Shown here piece by piece: positions 50,063-61,544 of a stretch of DNA of 64,000 bases. The position numbers were made by a program, and so were the translations under genes. Under the pieces are notes generated by a model. It saw only the letters and a program-made list of their open reading frames with translations. It was not told the DNA's origin and did not search any database. Each line of letters begins with the position of its first letter. Position 1 is the first letter of the stretch. Source of the stretch: Torpedo marmorata (taxonomy: Eukaryota); NCBI GenBank assembly GCA_977017645.1, contig OZ360222.1:19158001-19222000 (forward strand), in the 5' to 3' direction.

Positions 50063-50339
50063 TCACCCAGGCAGTGATGCAGCCTCCAATTCATTTTAAC
50101 GTGGGAGCTGAATAATCCCAGGGCAGTGGGCAGCACGTCATCCTGCACTTTGTGACATTTTATTTAGATTTCATTTTATTTGCTCTTAAAATTTTTATGT
50201 TATTTGCTGTTTTAGTTTAAAAAAAGAGAATAGAACTGCAGATACAGGTTTGGTTTTTGGGTCCTAATTGAGTCTTTTGGACCCTTTTTATGGGGAAATT
50301 GCAGATCTGATACAGGCAGAGAAAATACCATTTAAAAAC

Positions 50340-50630
50340 GTGTGTGTGTAAAATGGGTGTGTGCGTGTAAAATGGGTGTGTGTGTGTAAAATGGGTGTGT
50401 GTGTAAAATGGGTGTGTGTGTAAAATGGGTGTGTGTGTGTAAAATGGGTGTGTGTGTAAAATGGGTGTGTGTGTGTAAAATGGATGTGTGTGTAAAATGG
50501 GTGTGTGTGTGTAAAATGGATGTGTGTGTAAAATGGATGTGTGGGCGCGTGCGTAAAATGGATGTGCACGTGCGTGTAAAATGGATGTGTGGACACGTGC
50601 GTAAAATGGATGTGCGTGTAAAATGGATGC
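50340..50630. repeat. Minisatellite (GT)nAAAATGG
   Basis: About 15 units of 16-20 bp, more degenerate towards the 3' end. Confidence 0.95.
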
Positions 50631-50979
50631 ATTTAATGATATCTCCCTCACTGATTCTTTTTAGTGTTGTTTGACCCTTTCACCGTTCCCTTCCTCTTTC
50701 GCTCTCCTGTTTTATTTTTTTTTCTCTCCATCTTTTCTATTTCCATTCTATGTACCTGCCTTTTGTCTTCCTCTACCCATCCCTTCCACTGACTCTCTCT
50801 CCATCCTCGCCCCCTTGGCCCTCAATCCCCTTCTCCAACCAGTTTGCATGGCCTCTCCTACCCCGTTTCCATTTAATTCTCTCAATCTCTCCCTATATCA
50901 CTCCTGCCCCTTTCCCGTCTGCCACTCTCCCTCTCTATTCCCTGCCTTAGTGCTTTCTCCCTTTCACCTTCTCTCTGCC

Positions 50980-53900
50980 CCTCCTCCTCTCCACCTTCCC
51001 CACCCGTCCCTCTTGCCCTCCACAACACTCCCTCTCCACTCCCTCTACCCCCTCCCTACACTCTCCTTCCCCAGCCTCCCCTTTCTCTTTTCCCAGCCTC
51101 CTCTTTCCCCCTTCCCCAGCCCTCTCCGCTTCCCCAGCTTCCCCTCCCCAACCTCCTCTCCCCCTTCCCCAGCCTCCCCTCTCCCCCTTCCCCTCTCTCC
51201 CCCTTCCCCAGCCTCCCCTCCCCCAACCTCCTCTCCNNNNNNNNNNNNNNNNNNNNNNNNNNNNNNNNNNNNNNNNNNNNNNNNNNNNNNNNNNNNNNNN
51301 NNNNNNNNNNNNNNNNNNNNNNNNNNNNNNNNNNNNNNNNNNNNNNNNNNNNNNNNNNNNNNNNNNNNNNNNNNNNNNNNNNNNNNNNCTTCCCCAGCCT
51401 CCCCTCCCTCCCCCTTCCCCAGCCTCGCCTCTCTCCCCCTTCCCCAGCCTCCCCTCCCTCCCCCCTTCCCCAGCCTCCCCTCTCTCCCCCCTTCCCCAGC
51501 CTCCCCTCTCTCCCTTCCCCAGCCTCCCCTCTCTCCCCCCTTCCCCAGCCTCCCCTCTCTCCCCCTTCCCCAGCCTCCCCTCCCTCCCCCCTTCCCCAGC
51601 CTCCCCTCTCTCCCTTCCCCAGCCTCCCCTCTCTCCCTTCCCCAGCCTCCCCTCTCTCCCTTCCCCAGCCTCCCCTCTCTCCCTTCCCCAGCCTCCCCTC
51701 TCTCCCCCTTCCCCAGCCTCCCCTCTCTCCCCCTTCCCCAGCCTCCCCTCTCTCCCCCCTTCCCAGCCTCCCCTCTCTCCCCCTTCCCCAGCCTCCCCTC
51801 TCCCCCCTTCCCAGCCTCCCCTCTCCCTCCCCCTTCCCCAGCCTCCCCTCTCCCTCCCCCTTCCCCAGCCTCCCCTCTCCCTCCCCCTTCCCCAGCCTCC
51901 CCTCTCCCTCCCCCTTCCCCAGCCTCCCCTCTCCCTCCCCCTTCCCCAGCCTCTCTCCCCCTTCCCCAGCCTCCCCTCCCTCCCCCCTTCCCCAGCCTCC
52001 CCTCTCTCCCCCTTCCCCAGCCTCCCCTCTCTCCCTTCCCCAGCCTCCCCTCTCTCCCCCCTTCCCCAGCCTCCCCTCTCTCCCCCTTCCCCAGCCTCCC
52101 CTCCCTCCCCCCTTCCCCAGCCTCCCCTCTCTCCCTTCCCCAGCCTCCCCTCTCTCCCTTCCCCAGCCTCCCCTCTCTCCCTTCCCCAGCCTCCCCTCTC
52201 TCCCTTCCCCAGCCTCCCCTCTCTCCCCCTTCCCCAGCCTCCCCTCTCTCCCCCTTCCCCAGCCTCCCCTCTCTCCCCCCTTCCCAGCCTCCCCTCTCTC
52301 CCCCTTCCCCAGCCTCCCCTCTCCCCCCTTCCCAGCCTCCCCTCTCCCTCCCCCTTCCCCAGCCTCCCCTCTCCCTCCCCCTTCCCCAGCCTCCCCTCTC
52401 CCTCCCCCTTCCCCAGCCTCCCCTCTCCCTCCCCCTTCCCCAGCCTCCCCTCTCCCTTCCCCAGCCTCCCCTCTCTCCCCCCTTCCCCAGCCTCCCCTCT
52501 CTCCCCCTTCCCCAGCCTCCTCTCTCCCCTTCCCCAGCCTCCCCTCCCTCCCCCCTTCCCCAGCCTCCCCTCTCTCCCCCCTTCCCCAGCCTCCCCTCTC
52601 TCCCCTTCCCCAACCTCCCCTCTCTCCCCCCTTCCCCAGCCTCCCCTCTCTCCCCCCTTCCCCAGCCTCCCCTATCTCCTCCCTTCCCCAGCCTCCCCTC
52701 TCTCCCCCCTTCCTCAGCCTCCCCTCTCCCTCCCCCTTCCCCAGCCTCCCCTCTCTCCCCCTTCCCCAGCCTCCCCTCTCCCTCCCCCTTCCCCAGCCTC
52801 CCCTCTCCCTCCCCCTTCCCCAGCCTCCCCTCTCCCTCCCCCTTCCCCAGCCTCCCCTCTCTCCCCCTTCCCCAGCCTCCCCTCTCTCCCCCCTTCCCCA
52901 GCCTCCCCTCTCCCTCCCCCTCTCCCCAGCCTCCCCCCTTCCCCAGCCTCCCCTCTCCCTCCCCCTTCCCCAGCCTCCCCTCTCTCCCCCTTCCCCAGCC
53001 TCCCCTCTCCCTCCCCCTTCCCCAGCCTCCCCTCTCCCTCCCCCTTCCCCAGCCTCCCCTCTCTTCCCCCTTCCCCAGCCTCCCCTCTCTCCCCCTTCCC
53101 CAGCCTCCCCTCTCTCCCCCCTTCCCCAGCCTCCCCTCTCTCCCCCTTCCCCAGCCTCCTCTCTCTCCCCTTCCCCAGCCTCCCCCTTCCCCAGCCTCCC
53201 CTCTCTCCCCCTTCCCCAGCCTCCCCTCTCTCCCCCTTCCCCAGCCTCCTCCCTCTCCCCTTCCCCAGCCTCCCCTCTCTCCCCCCTTCCCCAGCCTCCC
53301 CTCTCTCCCCCCTTCCCCAGCCTCCCCTCTCTCCCCCTTCCCCAGCCTCCCGTCTCTCCCCTTCCCCAGCCTCCCCTCTCTCCCCCTTCCCCAGCCTCCC
53401 CTCTCTCCCCCTTCCCCAGCCTCCCCTCTCCCTCCCCCTTCCCCAGCCTCCCCTCTCCCTCCCCCAGCCTCCCCTCTCCCTCCCCCTTCCCCAGCCTCCT
53501 CTCTCCCCCTTCTCCAGCCTCCCCTCTCTCTCCCCCTTCCCCAGCCTCCCCTCTCTCTCCCCCTTCCCCAGCCTCCCCTCTCCCTCCCCCTTCCCCAGCC
53601 TCCCCTCTCTCCCCCTTCCCCAGCCTCCCCTCTCTCTCCCCCTTCCCCCCCTCTCTCCCCCCTTCCCCAGCCTCCCCTCTCTCTCCCCTTCCCCAGCCTC
53701 CCCTCTCTCCCCCTTCCCCAGCCCCCCCTCTCTCCCCCTTCCCCAGCCTCCCCTCTCTCTCCCCCTTCCCCAGCCTCCCCTCTCTCCCCCAGCCTCCCCT
53801 CTCTCTCCCCCTTCCCCAACCTCCCCTCTCTCCCCCCTTCCCCAGCCTCCCCTCTCTCTCCCCTTCCCCAGCCTCCCCTCTCTCTCCCCTTCCCCAGCCT

Positions 53901-55400
53901 CCCCTCTCTCTCCCCCTTCCCCAACCTCCCCTCTCTCCCCCCTTCCCCAGCCTCCCCTCTCTCTCCCCCTTCCCCAGCCTCCCCCCTCTCCCCCTTCCCC
54001 AGCCTCCCCTCTCTCCCCCTTCCCCAGCCTCTCCTCTCTCCCCCCTTCCCCAACCTCCCCTCTCTCCCCCTTTCCCAGCCTCCCCTCTCTCTCCCCCTTC
54101 CCCAGCCTCCCCCCTCTCCCCCTTCCCCAACCTCCCCTCTCTCTCCCCCTTCCCCAGCCTCCCCTCTCTCTCCCCCTTCCCCAGCCTCCCCCCTTCCCCT
54201 CTCTCCCCCCTTCCCCAGCCTCCCCCCTCTCCCCCTTCCCCAGCCTCTCCTCTCTCCCCCCTTCCCCAACCTCCCCTCTCTCTCCCCCTTCCCCAGCTCC
54301 CCCCTCTCCCCCTTCCCCAGCCTCCCCCCTCTCCCCCTTCCCCAGCCTCCCCCCTCTCCCCCTTCCCCAGCCTCCCCCCTTCCCCAGCCTCCCCCTCTCC
54401 CCCTTCCCCAGCCTCCCCCTCTCCCCTTCCCCAGCCTCCCCCCTCTCCCCCTTCCCCAGCCTCCCCTCTCTCTCCCCCTTCCCCAGCCTCCCCCCTTCCC
54501 CAGCCTCCCCTCTCCTCCCTTCCCCAGCCTCCCCTCTTCCCCCTACCCTCTCCCCCCTCCCCAGCCTCCCCTCTCCCCCCTTCCCCAGCCTCCGCTCTCC
54601 CCCCTCCCCCTCCCCCAGCCTCCCCTCTCCCCCCTTCCCCAGACTCCCCTCTCTCCCCTTCCCCAGCCTCCCCCTTCCCCAACCTCCCCTCTCTCCCCCC
54701 TTCCCCAGCCTCCCTTTCCCTCCCCCCTTCCCCAACCTCCCCTCTCTCTCCCCCTTCCCCAACCTCCCCTCTCTCTCCCCCTTCCCCAGCCTCCCCTCTC
54801 TCTCCCCTTCCCCAACCTCCCCTCTCTCTCCCCCTTCCCCAGCCTCCCTTTCCCTCCCCCCTTCCCCAACCTCCCCTCTCTCTCCCCCTTCCCCAGCCTC
54901 CCCTCTCTCCCACCCTTCCCCAGCCTCCCCTCTCTCCCCCCTTCCCCAGCCTCCCTTTCCCTCCCCCCTTCCCCAACCTCCCCTCTCTCCCCCCTTCCCC
55001 AGCCTCCCTTTCCCTCCCCCCTTCCCCAACCTCCCCTCTCTCTCCCCCTTCCCCAGCCTCCCCTCTCTCTCCCCTTCCCCAACCTCCCCTCTCTCTTCCC
55101 CTACCTCCCCTCTCTCTCCCCTTCCCCAACCTCCCCTCTCTCTCCCCCTTCCCCAGCCTCCCCTCTCTCCCCCCCTTCCCCAGCCTCCCCTCTCTCCCCC
55201 CTTCCCCAGCCTCCCTTTCCCTCCCCCCTTCCCCAACCTCCCCTCTCTCTCCCCCTTCCCCAGCCTCCCCTCTCTCTCCCCTTCCCCAACCTCCCCTCTC
55301 TCTCCCCCTTCCCCAGCCTCCCCTCTCTCCCCCCTTCCCCAGCCTCCCTTTCCCTCCCCCCTTCCCCAACCTCCCCTCTCTCTCCCCCTTCCCCAGCCCC
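50980..55400. repeat. 4.4-kb polypyrimidine satellite (unit ~CCCCTTCCCCAGCCTCCCCTCTCT, 23-27 bp); gap at 51237-51388
   Basis: Direct reading. Confidence 0.97.
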
Positions 55401-56212
55401 CCCTCCGCGTCCACCTCCTCTGCCGGAGGAATGGGTGAACCTTGCCCTGCAATCCGCTGGCTTTGAACATGCAGTGACGTCCCCGAGTTGCTGGGAGCTG
55501 CACAACAGGAAACGCTCTCACGGCCTCCTCTCTTCCTGCTCCGCAAGGGATAGACACACACACACATGCATGCACACACCTCTGACTGCAGGCAGCCAGC
55601 TGAGCCCTGCACTCAGCCACTGCTGCTCCCCGACCCCTGACTGACAGCTCCCCGTTCCGCAGGACAGCCAATCAGCTGGCAGGCGGTGGTTCCCAAGCCG
55701 GTGATGCAAGAAAGCCTGATCATCTGCTCGCTGTGGAGAAGTGACAGAGGTGGGGGGGGATTCAGTTTAATGTTGCAATGGCTTGAGCTGACGGAGCATG
55801 TGCATGCACAAGCGTCTGAAAGAACCAGGATAAAGGGTGACCCCTTGGGGAGTCCAGTATTGTATGAAGGACAGAGTGTCAGGTGGGCCAACAGCTTGCA
55901 TTTTCTGTGTCTCTGGACCTGCTCAGTTAATGATTTCATTGTGATAGCGAAGGCCCTGCCTGTGTTTTTTTAAAAATGCTATTCTTGTCTGCATTTTAGA
56001 GGAGGAAATCTCTGGAATTTAACACCACAGGACGTCAATCTCCCCCAGTAAACCCTGCCTGTTTGATGGGCTGGTTCTCCACCCCAGCAGCCCCACCAAA
56101 AATCCTTCCTAGTCTTGGGGGCAGGTACTTTTAGTGTGGCGTGCAGTGAGCCATAGGTTACCAAGGAGCCACTGCAGAGACCTATAATTAGAGGCAGAGC
56201 TTCTTGGTAAGT
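55400..56212 (+). promoter_or_regulatory. Candidate promoter/enhancer and non-coding exon
   Basis: Unique, TE-free; GTGACGTC CRE-like site (~55474), CAGGAA ETS-like site, AGCCAATCAG NF-Y box (~55666), donor-like TG|GTAAGT at 56207. Motif-level evidence only. Confidence 0.3.
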
Positions 56213-57229
56213 TCAAAGTTGAAGGCTCCCTCTTTAATTATCTTCGACAATGTCCGAGGGAAACTTGGCTGTTTCTTCCTTTCCCATTTCGTGTCCAGAG
56301 GACGTAGAATTTAACCTTGCGCGGGATTTGGTTCCTTCAGTGTGTGTTTGCTTCTGAGGCAGTGTTGGGAGGGGGGAGTTGTTAGAGGGAGTATGGTGGG
56401 GGGGGATCCAGAAAGTATTCTTTGGCACCAGCGGGGAGAACATTGCGTTTCTGCAGCGCTGTCGGCTTGTTGAGTTCCACAGCTCGTGCCCCCCACTCCT
56501 CGCCCAGCACTGTCGCTGGCACTGAGAGGGAAACTTCTCACCCGGCCCCCTCAGAGTGCCGTGTCTCCCTGAAGTGCTTTCTGCCCATGCGTACGTGTAT
56601 GAGGGAGTATCACCCGCTCTCACCCCCCCTCTGTATTTCCCTTTCTCCTCTATTTCCTCTTTCCCCCCCCCCCAGACCCCCAAGGCAAGGTGCTGACTCG
56701 CGTTGGGGGTCAAATCGACAGTCGGAAAAAAAACGGCACGGGTATGGAGAACAAAAGACAGGGACTTTTTGGTACATGCATGTGTGATTATGGAGTCATG
56801 AAATTCTACAGCAGGGATACAGGCCCCTCATCCCATCTTGCCCATGCTGGCCAAATTGTCCACATCCTCAGATATCCTATTCTGCAATGATTCGGCTGAT
56901 CACGCTGACTATGGGGCACCCAATTAATCCTGCCATAAGCCCATTTATTTCCTCTCCCCACCTTCCCACCAATGCCCCACCCCCCCCCCCTCTCCCTCGC
57001 TCAAGATTCTACCCTCACTTCCACACTTGGGGCAATGTATGGCGGACACTTAACCTGGATGTCTTTGGAATGTGGGAGGAAACCCGGGAGGTGGCGGGGG
57101 GGGGGAAATCCAGAGGGAGATCGTGCAAACTCCACACATACAGCAACTAGTCAGGAGTGAAGCTGGGTCTCTGGTGCTGTGAGGTACCAACTCTAAGTGT
57201 GTGTGCTGTTGTGCTGTATGGTGTAATAT

Positions 57230-57283
<54 letters not shown>

Positions 57284-57329
57284 GGTTGCAATGGCCAATA
57301 CGAGATATCATTGTATTCTTAAGAGAGCA

Positions 57330-58918
57330 TATAGTTGGAGAACTATTGGGTGAGGCAGTGTGAGTGTAAATCAGGAACTAAGGAGGAGAAATCACCTCGA
57401 TGGGTTTATACCAGCCATTCTCAACCAATTATTAGGCTATGGCCCCCTTAGGACTCTGCTCAAAATTTGTGGGCCCCCTTCCCTGTGAAGCAGTCAGGTT
57501 GGTTGGTTTCTTCTGTACTTCTCTCCTACCTCTATACACCTTGAAGCCCCCCCCCCCATGATTAAGGATTTCAGTCCATAGGTCACTAAACAGTCACCAG
57601 GAGCTGGAGGATCAGATATGCAGAGAGGTTGCTGAGGTCTGTAAAAATAGCAAGGTAGTTATTGTAGGTGGCTTCAACTTCCCCGGCCCTTGACCAGGAA
57701 TGCCAGAGTGTTAGGGGATTGGACGGAGTGAACTTTGTCAAGTGTGTCCAGGGGACCCTTCTGCAGCAACATGTGGACAGGCCGACTGGGGAAGGGACAA
57801 TCTTGGATCTTGACCTGGGGAATGAAGCTGGTCGGGGGACTGAGGTATCGGGGGGCAACACTTTGGGTGCAGTGACCACAATTCTATCAGCTGTAAGATA
57901 GTTATTGGAAAAGGAGAACACTGGTCCTCAGGTTAGAATCTGAAATTGGGGCAAGGCCAATTTCTACATGATTAGGCGGGAGTTAGCAATAGGTGACTAG
58001 GCGCAAATATTGGAGGGTAGAAACACAACTGCCCAATGGGAGGTGTTTGAGAGGGTGATAAGGAAGGTCTAGGACGAACATGTTCCCAGTGGGATAAATG
58101 GCAGGAGCGGCAAGGTAAAGGAACTTTGGTTAACAAGAGATATCGAGGCACAGAGCAGAAAGGAAGTGGAAGTATAAATCAGATACAGGCAGACAGGTTT
58201 GAGGGAATCCCTCGAGCCGTATAAGGAATGTAGGAGGATGGTGAAGAGGGACGTAAGGAGTGCTGAAAGAGATTTTGAGATGGATTTGGTGGTCAATGTG
58301 GGGAAGAATACAAAAAGATTTTATAAGTACGGTGTCACGGTTAGTGTAGTGGTTAGCGCAATGCTATTACAGTGCCAGCGACCCGGGTTTGAATCCGGCG
58401 CTGTCTGTAAGGAGTTTGTATGTTCTCCCTGTGTCTGTGTGGGTTTTCTCCGGAAGCTCTGGTTTCCGCCCACCCTTCAAAACGTACCGAGGTTCTAGGT
58501 TAAATGGGCTATTTGGGCGGCACGGGCTCGTGAGGCGGAAGGGCATGTTACCAGGATCTCGACCAGATGGGGAACTGGGCTAAGGGACGGCAGATGCAGT
58601 TCAATTTGAAGGTGCTTCATGTGGATGAACAGAACCAAGCCAGGGCTTACGGACCTAGGGGAGCAGGTACATAGCTCTTTAAAGATGGCAACACAGGTAT
58701 ACCATTGAGTTGTGAAGAGAGCATTTGGGACCCTTGGATTCCTTGGTACATCATGTTAACGTTGGTGAGGCCACACTCGGAACATTGTGTGCTGTTTTGG
58801 TCACCTTGCTATAGGAAGTATATTATACAGTTGGAAAGGGTGCACGCAGTTGTTGTCAGGATTAGACAAGTTGAGTTATCATGAGAGACTGGAAAAACTC
58901 GGACTGTTCTCCTTCGAG
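57330..58918 (+). mobile_element. Older CR1 LINE remnant with nested partial hAT MITE (57412-57582) and V-SINE (58333-58552)
   Basis: Endonuclease-region remnants (G.FNFP, LDL.LGN) and C-terminal LVRPH.E.CV.FWSP; inserts recognised from other copies. Confidence 0.8.
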
Positions 58919-59450
58919 TGAAACACGAAAGTCTGCAGATTCTGTGATTGTAGTAAAAACACAGAAATGCTGGAGGAACTCAGCAGGTCACGCAGCGTCC
59001 ACAGGAGGTAAAGATATATTACCGACGTTTTGGGCCTGAGCCCTTCATCAAGGTATGAGTAAAGAGCAGGCAGGCGCCTGAATTAAAAGGCTGGGGAGAA
59101 GGGAAGAAAGGGCAGGGGGAGGAGTGCAGACCAACAGACAAAAGGTGTTAATTGGACATGGACAGGACACAGGAGAGAGGAAAGTTGAGAATTGACTGGG
59201 GGAAGTGGGGGTTTGGCTCTGTGAAAGCAGAGCTGGGGGAAAGTAGACAGAGATAGAGGAAAAGAAACATAGGAAAAATGGGGGGAGTAACGGAAACCGG
59301 AGAAGTCGATGTTAATACTATTCAGTTGGCGGGTGCCCAGACGGAATATGAGCTGTTGTTCCTCCAATTTGCAGGTAGTCTCAGTCTGGCAGTGCATGAG
59401 ACCATGGACAGACATGTCGGCATGGGAATAGGGCGGGGAATTGAAATGGG
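58919..59450 (-). mobile_element. Penelope 3' fragment with pLTR, tail and decayed hammerhead
   Basis: KLEEQQLIFRLGT; motif at 59021-59057 with GAAA>AAAA. Confidence 0.88.
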
Positions 59451-60072
59451 AGATAGACCCAGACAGGCCCTGTTCTCCAAGCCCACTGCCCATGCAGGAG
59501 CAGTGATTAGAAACACCAAAGCCCAGCCTGGCTTCAGCCCAGCTCCATCCAGCCGACAACAGACAAAATGCTTCTTCGATGATGTAGCTCTGCTGTGAAC
59601 ACACAGAAGTCCCTTACGGATGAATAACCTGTTGATGTTCTCTGTCCAGACTCCTGGATGATGTAAATGGAAAGGACAGTGTGGTCTTAACATGCCTCAC
59701 GCATCTGAGCAAAGTGTTTACTGTTCATTGGACCAGTGGCACGGATGAAATGTTTAATACTAAACAGTGTTGACTCGTGTGGAGCATGCATCCATCTGTG
59801 GAGCTCACTGAGGATGCAGGTTGTTTGGCATGGACAGGCTGGTATTGAGGGCCAGTTTCCTTGCTGTTGAATCCTATGACTCTGGGTTTCAGCTCTTGGC
59901 TGATGCACTGTTATTGCAGAGTATAATCCAGTGGCCCTGCTTATTTTCCCTATTGAATATCCATGCTCCAGCTGTGGCTTATTTTCTTTAACCCCTTCGC
60001 TCCCTGCATGTTCCAAGCACAGGGAATGCTGGAAAAACTCAGCAGGTCAGGCAGCAACTTTGGAGAGAGAAA

Positions 60073-60560
60073 GGTTAGCGTAGCGGTTAGTGCAATGCTG
60101 TTACAGCGCCCAGGTGCATAGCCAGGTTCTAAGGTTAGGGGGAGCGAGCACATAAAAAAGGCGCCACGACGCATACCAGATGGTGAGTCAGTGGTTGATG
60201 GTGGGCCGCACTGATTTTTTGGTGGCGTCGGAGTGGGGGGGGGGCAGGCAGCGGCGTCGGACCGGGGGGGGGTGGGGAAGGTGCCACTTTTGAAAAATGT
60301 GCTATCGCTCCCCCTGCACCCTCCTAGCTACGCCACTGACAGCGACCGCGATCGGGACCTGGGTTCGAATTCAGCGCTGACTGTGAGGAGTTTGTACGTT
60401 CTCCCCGTGTCTGCAAGGGTTTTCCCGAGTGCTCCGGTTTCCTCCCACCGTTCAAAACGTACCGGGGGTTGTGGGTTAATTGGGTGTAATTGGGCGGCAC
60501 GGGCCCGTGGGCCGAAAGGGCCTGTTACCGTGCTGTATGTCTAAATTCAAAAAAATTTAA
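60073..60560 (+). mobile_element. V-SINE split by a hAT MITE
   Basis: Head 60073-60110 rejoins at 60339. Confidence 0.88.
60111..60338. mobile_element. hAT-type MITE
   Basis: Imperfect TIR CAGGTGCATAGCCAGG / CCTAGCTACGCCACTG; 8-bp TSD ACAGCGCC/ACAGCGAC. Confidence 0.82.
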
Positions 60561-60612
60561 ATAGTTCCAGACCGAGGTTCATTCATCAGAAAATGGAAAG
60601 AGAGAAAAAACT

Positions 60613-61435
60613 TAGTAAAAGCACAGAAATGCTGGAGGAACTCAGCAGGTCTCGCAGCGTCCATAGGAGATAAAGATACGTGCCTGAGCCCTTCTTCAAG
60701 GTACGAGTAAAAGAGCAGGCAGGCGCCTGAATTAAAAGGCTGAGGAGAAGGGAAGAATGGGCTGGGGGAGGAGTACAGACCAACAGACAAAAGGTGTTAA
60801 TTTGAAGTAAAACACAAAAGTCTGCAGACACCGAGGTTGAAGTAAAAACACAATACTGGAGAAACTCAGCAGGTCAAACAGTGGACTTTATAAGCAAAGG
60901 TAAAAATACATAACCGACGTTTCGGGCTTGAGCCCTCCATCAACGTATGAAAAAATGTAGACAAGCGCCCGAACAAAATGGTGAGGGGGAGGGGCAGGGG
61001 GAGGAGCACAGTCCCAAAGGCAGGAGGTAATAGGTGGATAAGGGAGGGAGGGAGGGCACACCAGCAAGCAGGGGGAGGAGGGATGGCTCTGTGAATGGAG
61101 AGGGAAGGGGGTGGAGAGCTGGAGGAAAGAAGACAGAGGGAAAGGGAAGGGAGGGAGGACAGAGAGAAGGCTAGCAGAAACTGGAGAAGTCGATGTTAAT
61201 GGCATCGGCGTTAATTTGAAATGGATAAGAAGACAGGAGAGAGGAAAGGTGAGAAGTGATAGGGGGTGACTCTGTGAAAGCAGAGCTGGGGGAAAGGAGA
61301 CAGAGGGAAAAGGGAAGAGAGAGAAAGAGAGACAGAGCGAGGAAAGGAGACATAGGGAGAGATGGAGGGGGTGGAGGGGGGGGAACTAACAGAAACCGGA
61401 GAAGTTAATGTTAATGCCATCCGGTTGGAAGGTGC
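60613..61435 (-). mobile_element. Penelope 3' fragment containing a second Penelope fragment (60807-61209)
   Basis: Two pLTR families; exact TSD GTTAATTTGAA (60796-60806, 61210-61220). Confidence 0.85.
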
Positions 61436-61544
61436 TGGTTAGTTTCAGGAAGCAGTGATGGTGGGAGAAGGGATGTGTGGAATAAAGGGCTAGGGTAAGA
61501 GACCAAATGAATCGATGCGGAATTTAAGAGAGATGATGAGATGA

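Noticed and set aside
50340-50630. Regularly spaced AAAATGG repeats (CRISPR-like look)
   Set aside because: Spacers are just (GT)n; eukaryotic minisatellite; no cas genes.
50980-55400. Immunoglobulin switch-region-like G-rich array
   Set aside because: Lacks repeated palindromic AGCT motifs, and there are no Ig exons or RSS nearby.
50671-55671. 1657-aa Pro-rich and 985-1518-aa Gly/Arg/Glu-rich ORFs
   Set aside because: Stop-free on both strands only because of CT/GA composition; unit lengths are often not multiples of 3; no domain.
55684-55710. GGTTCCCAAGCCGG resembling a twister ribozyme core
   Set aside because: No upstream UAA/pseudoknot partner or downstream GAGGG; P4 does not form convincingly.
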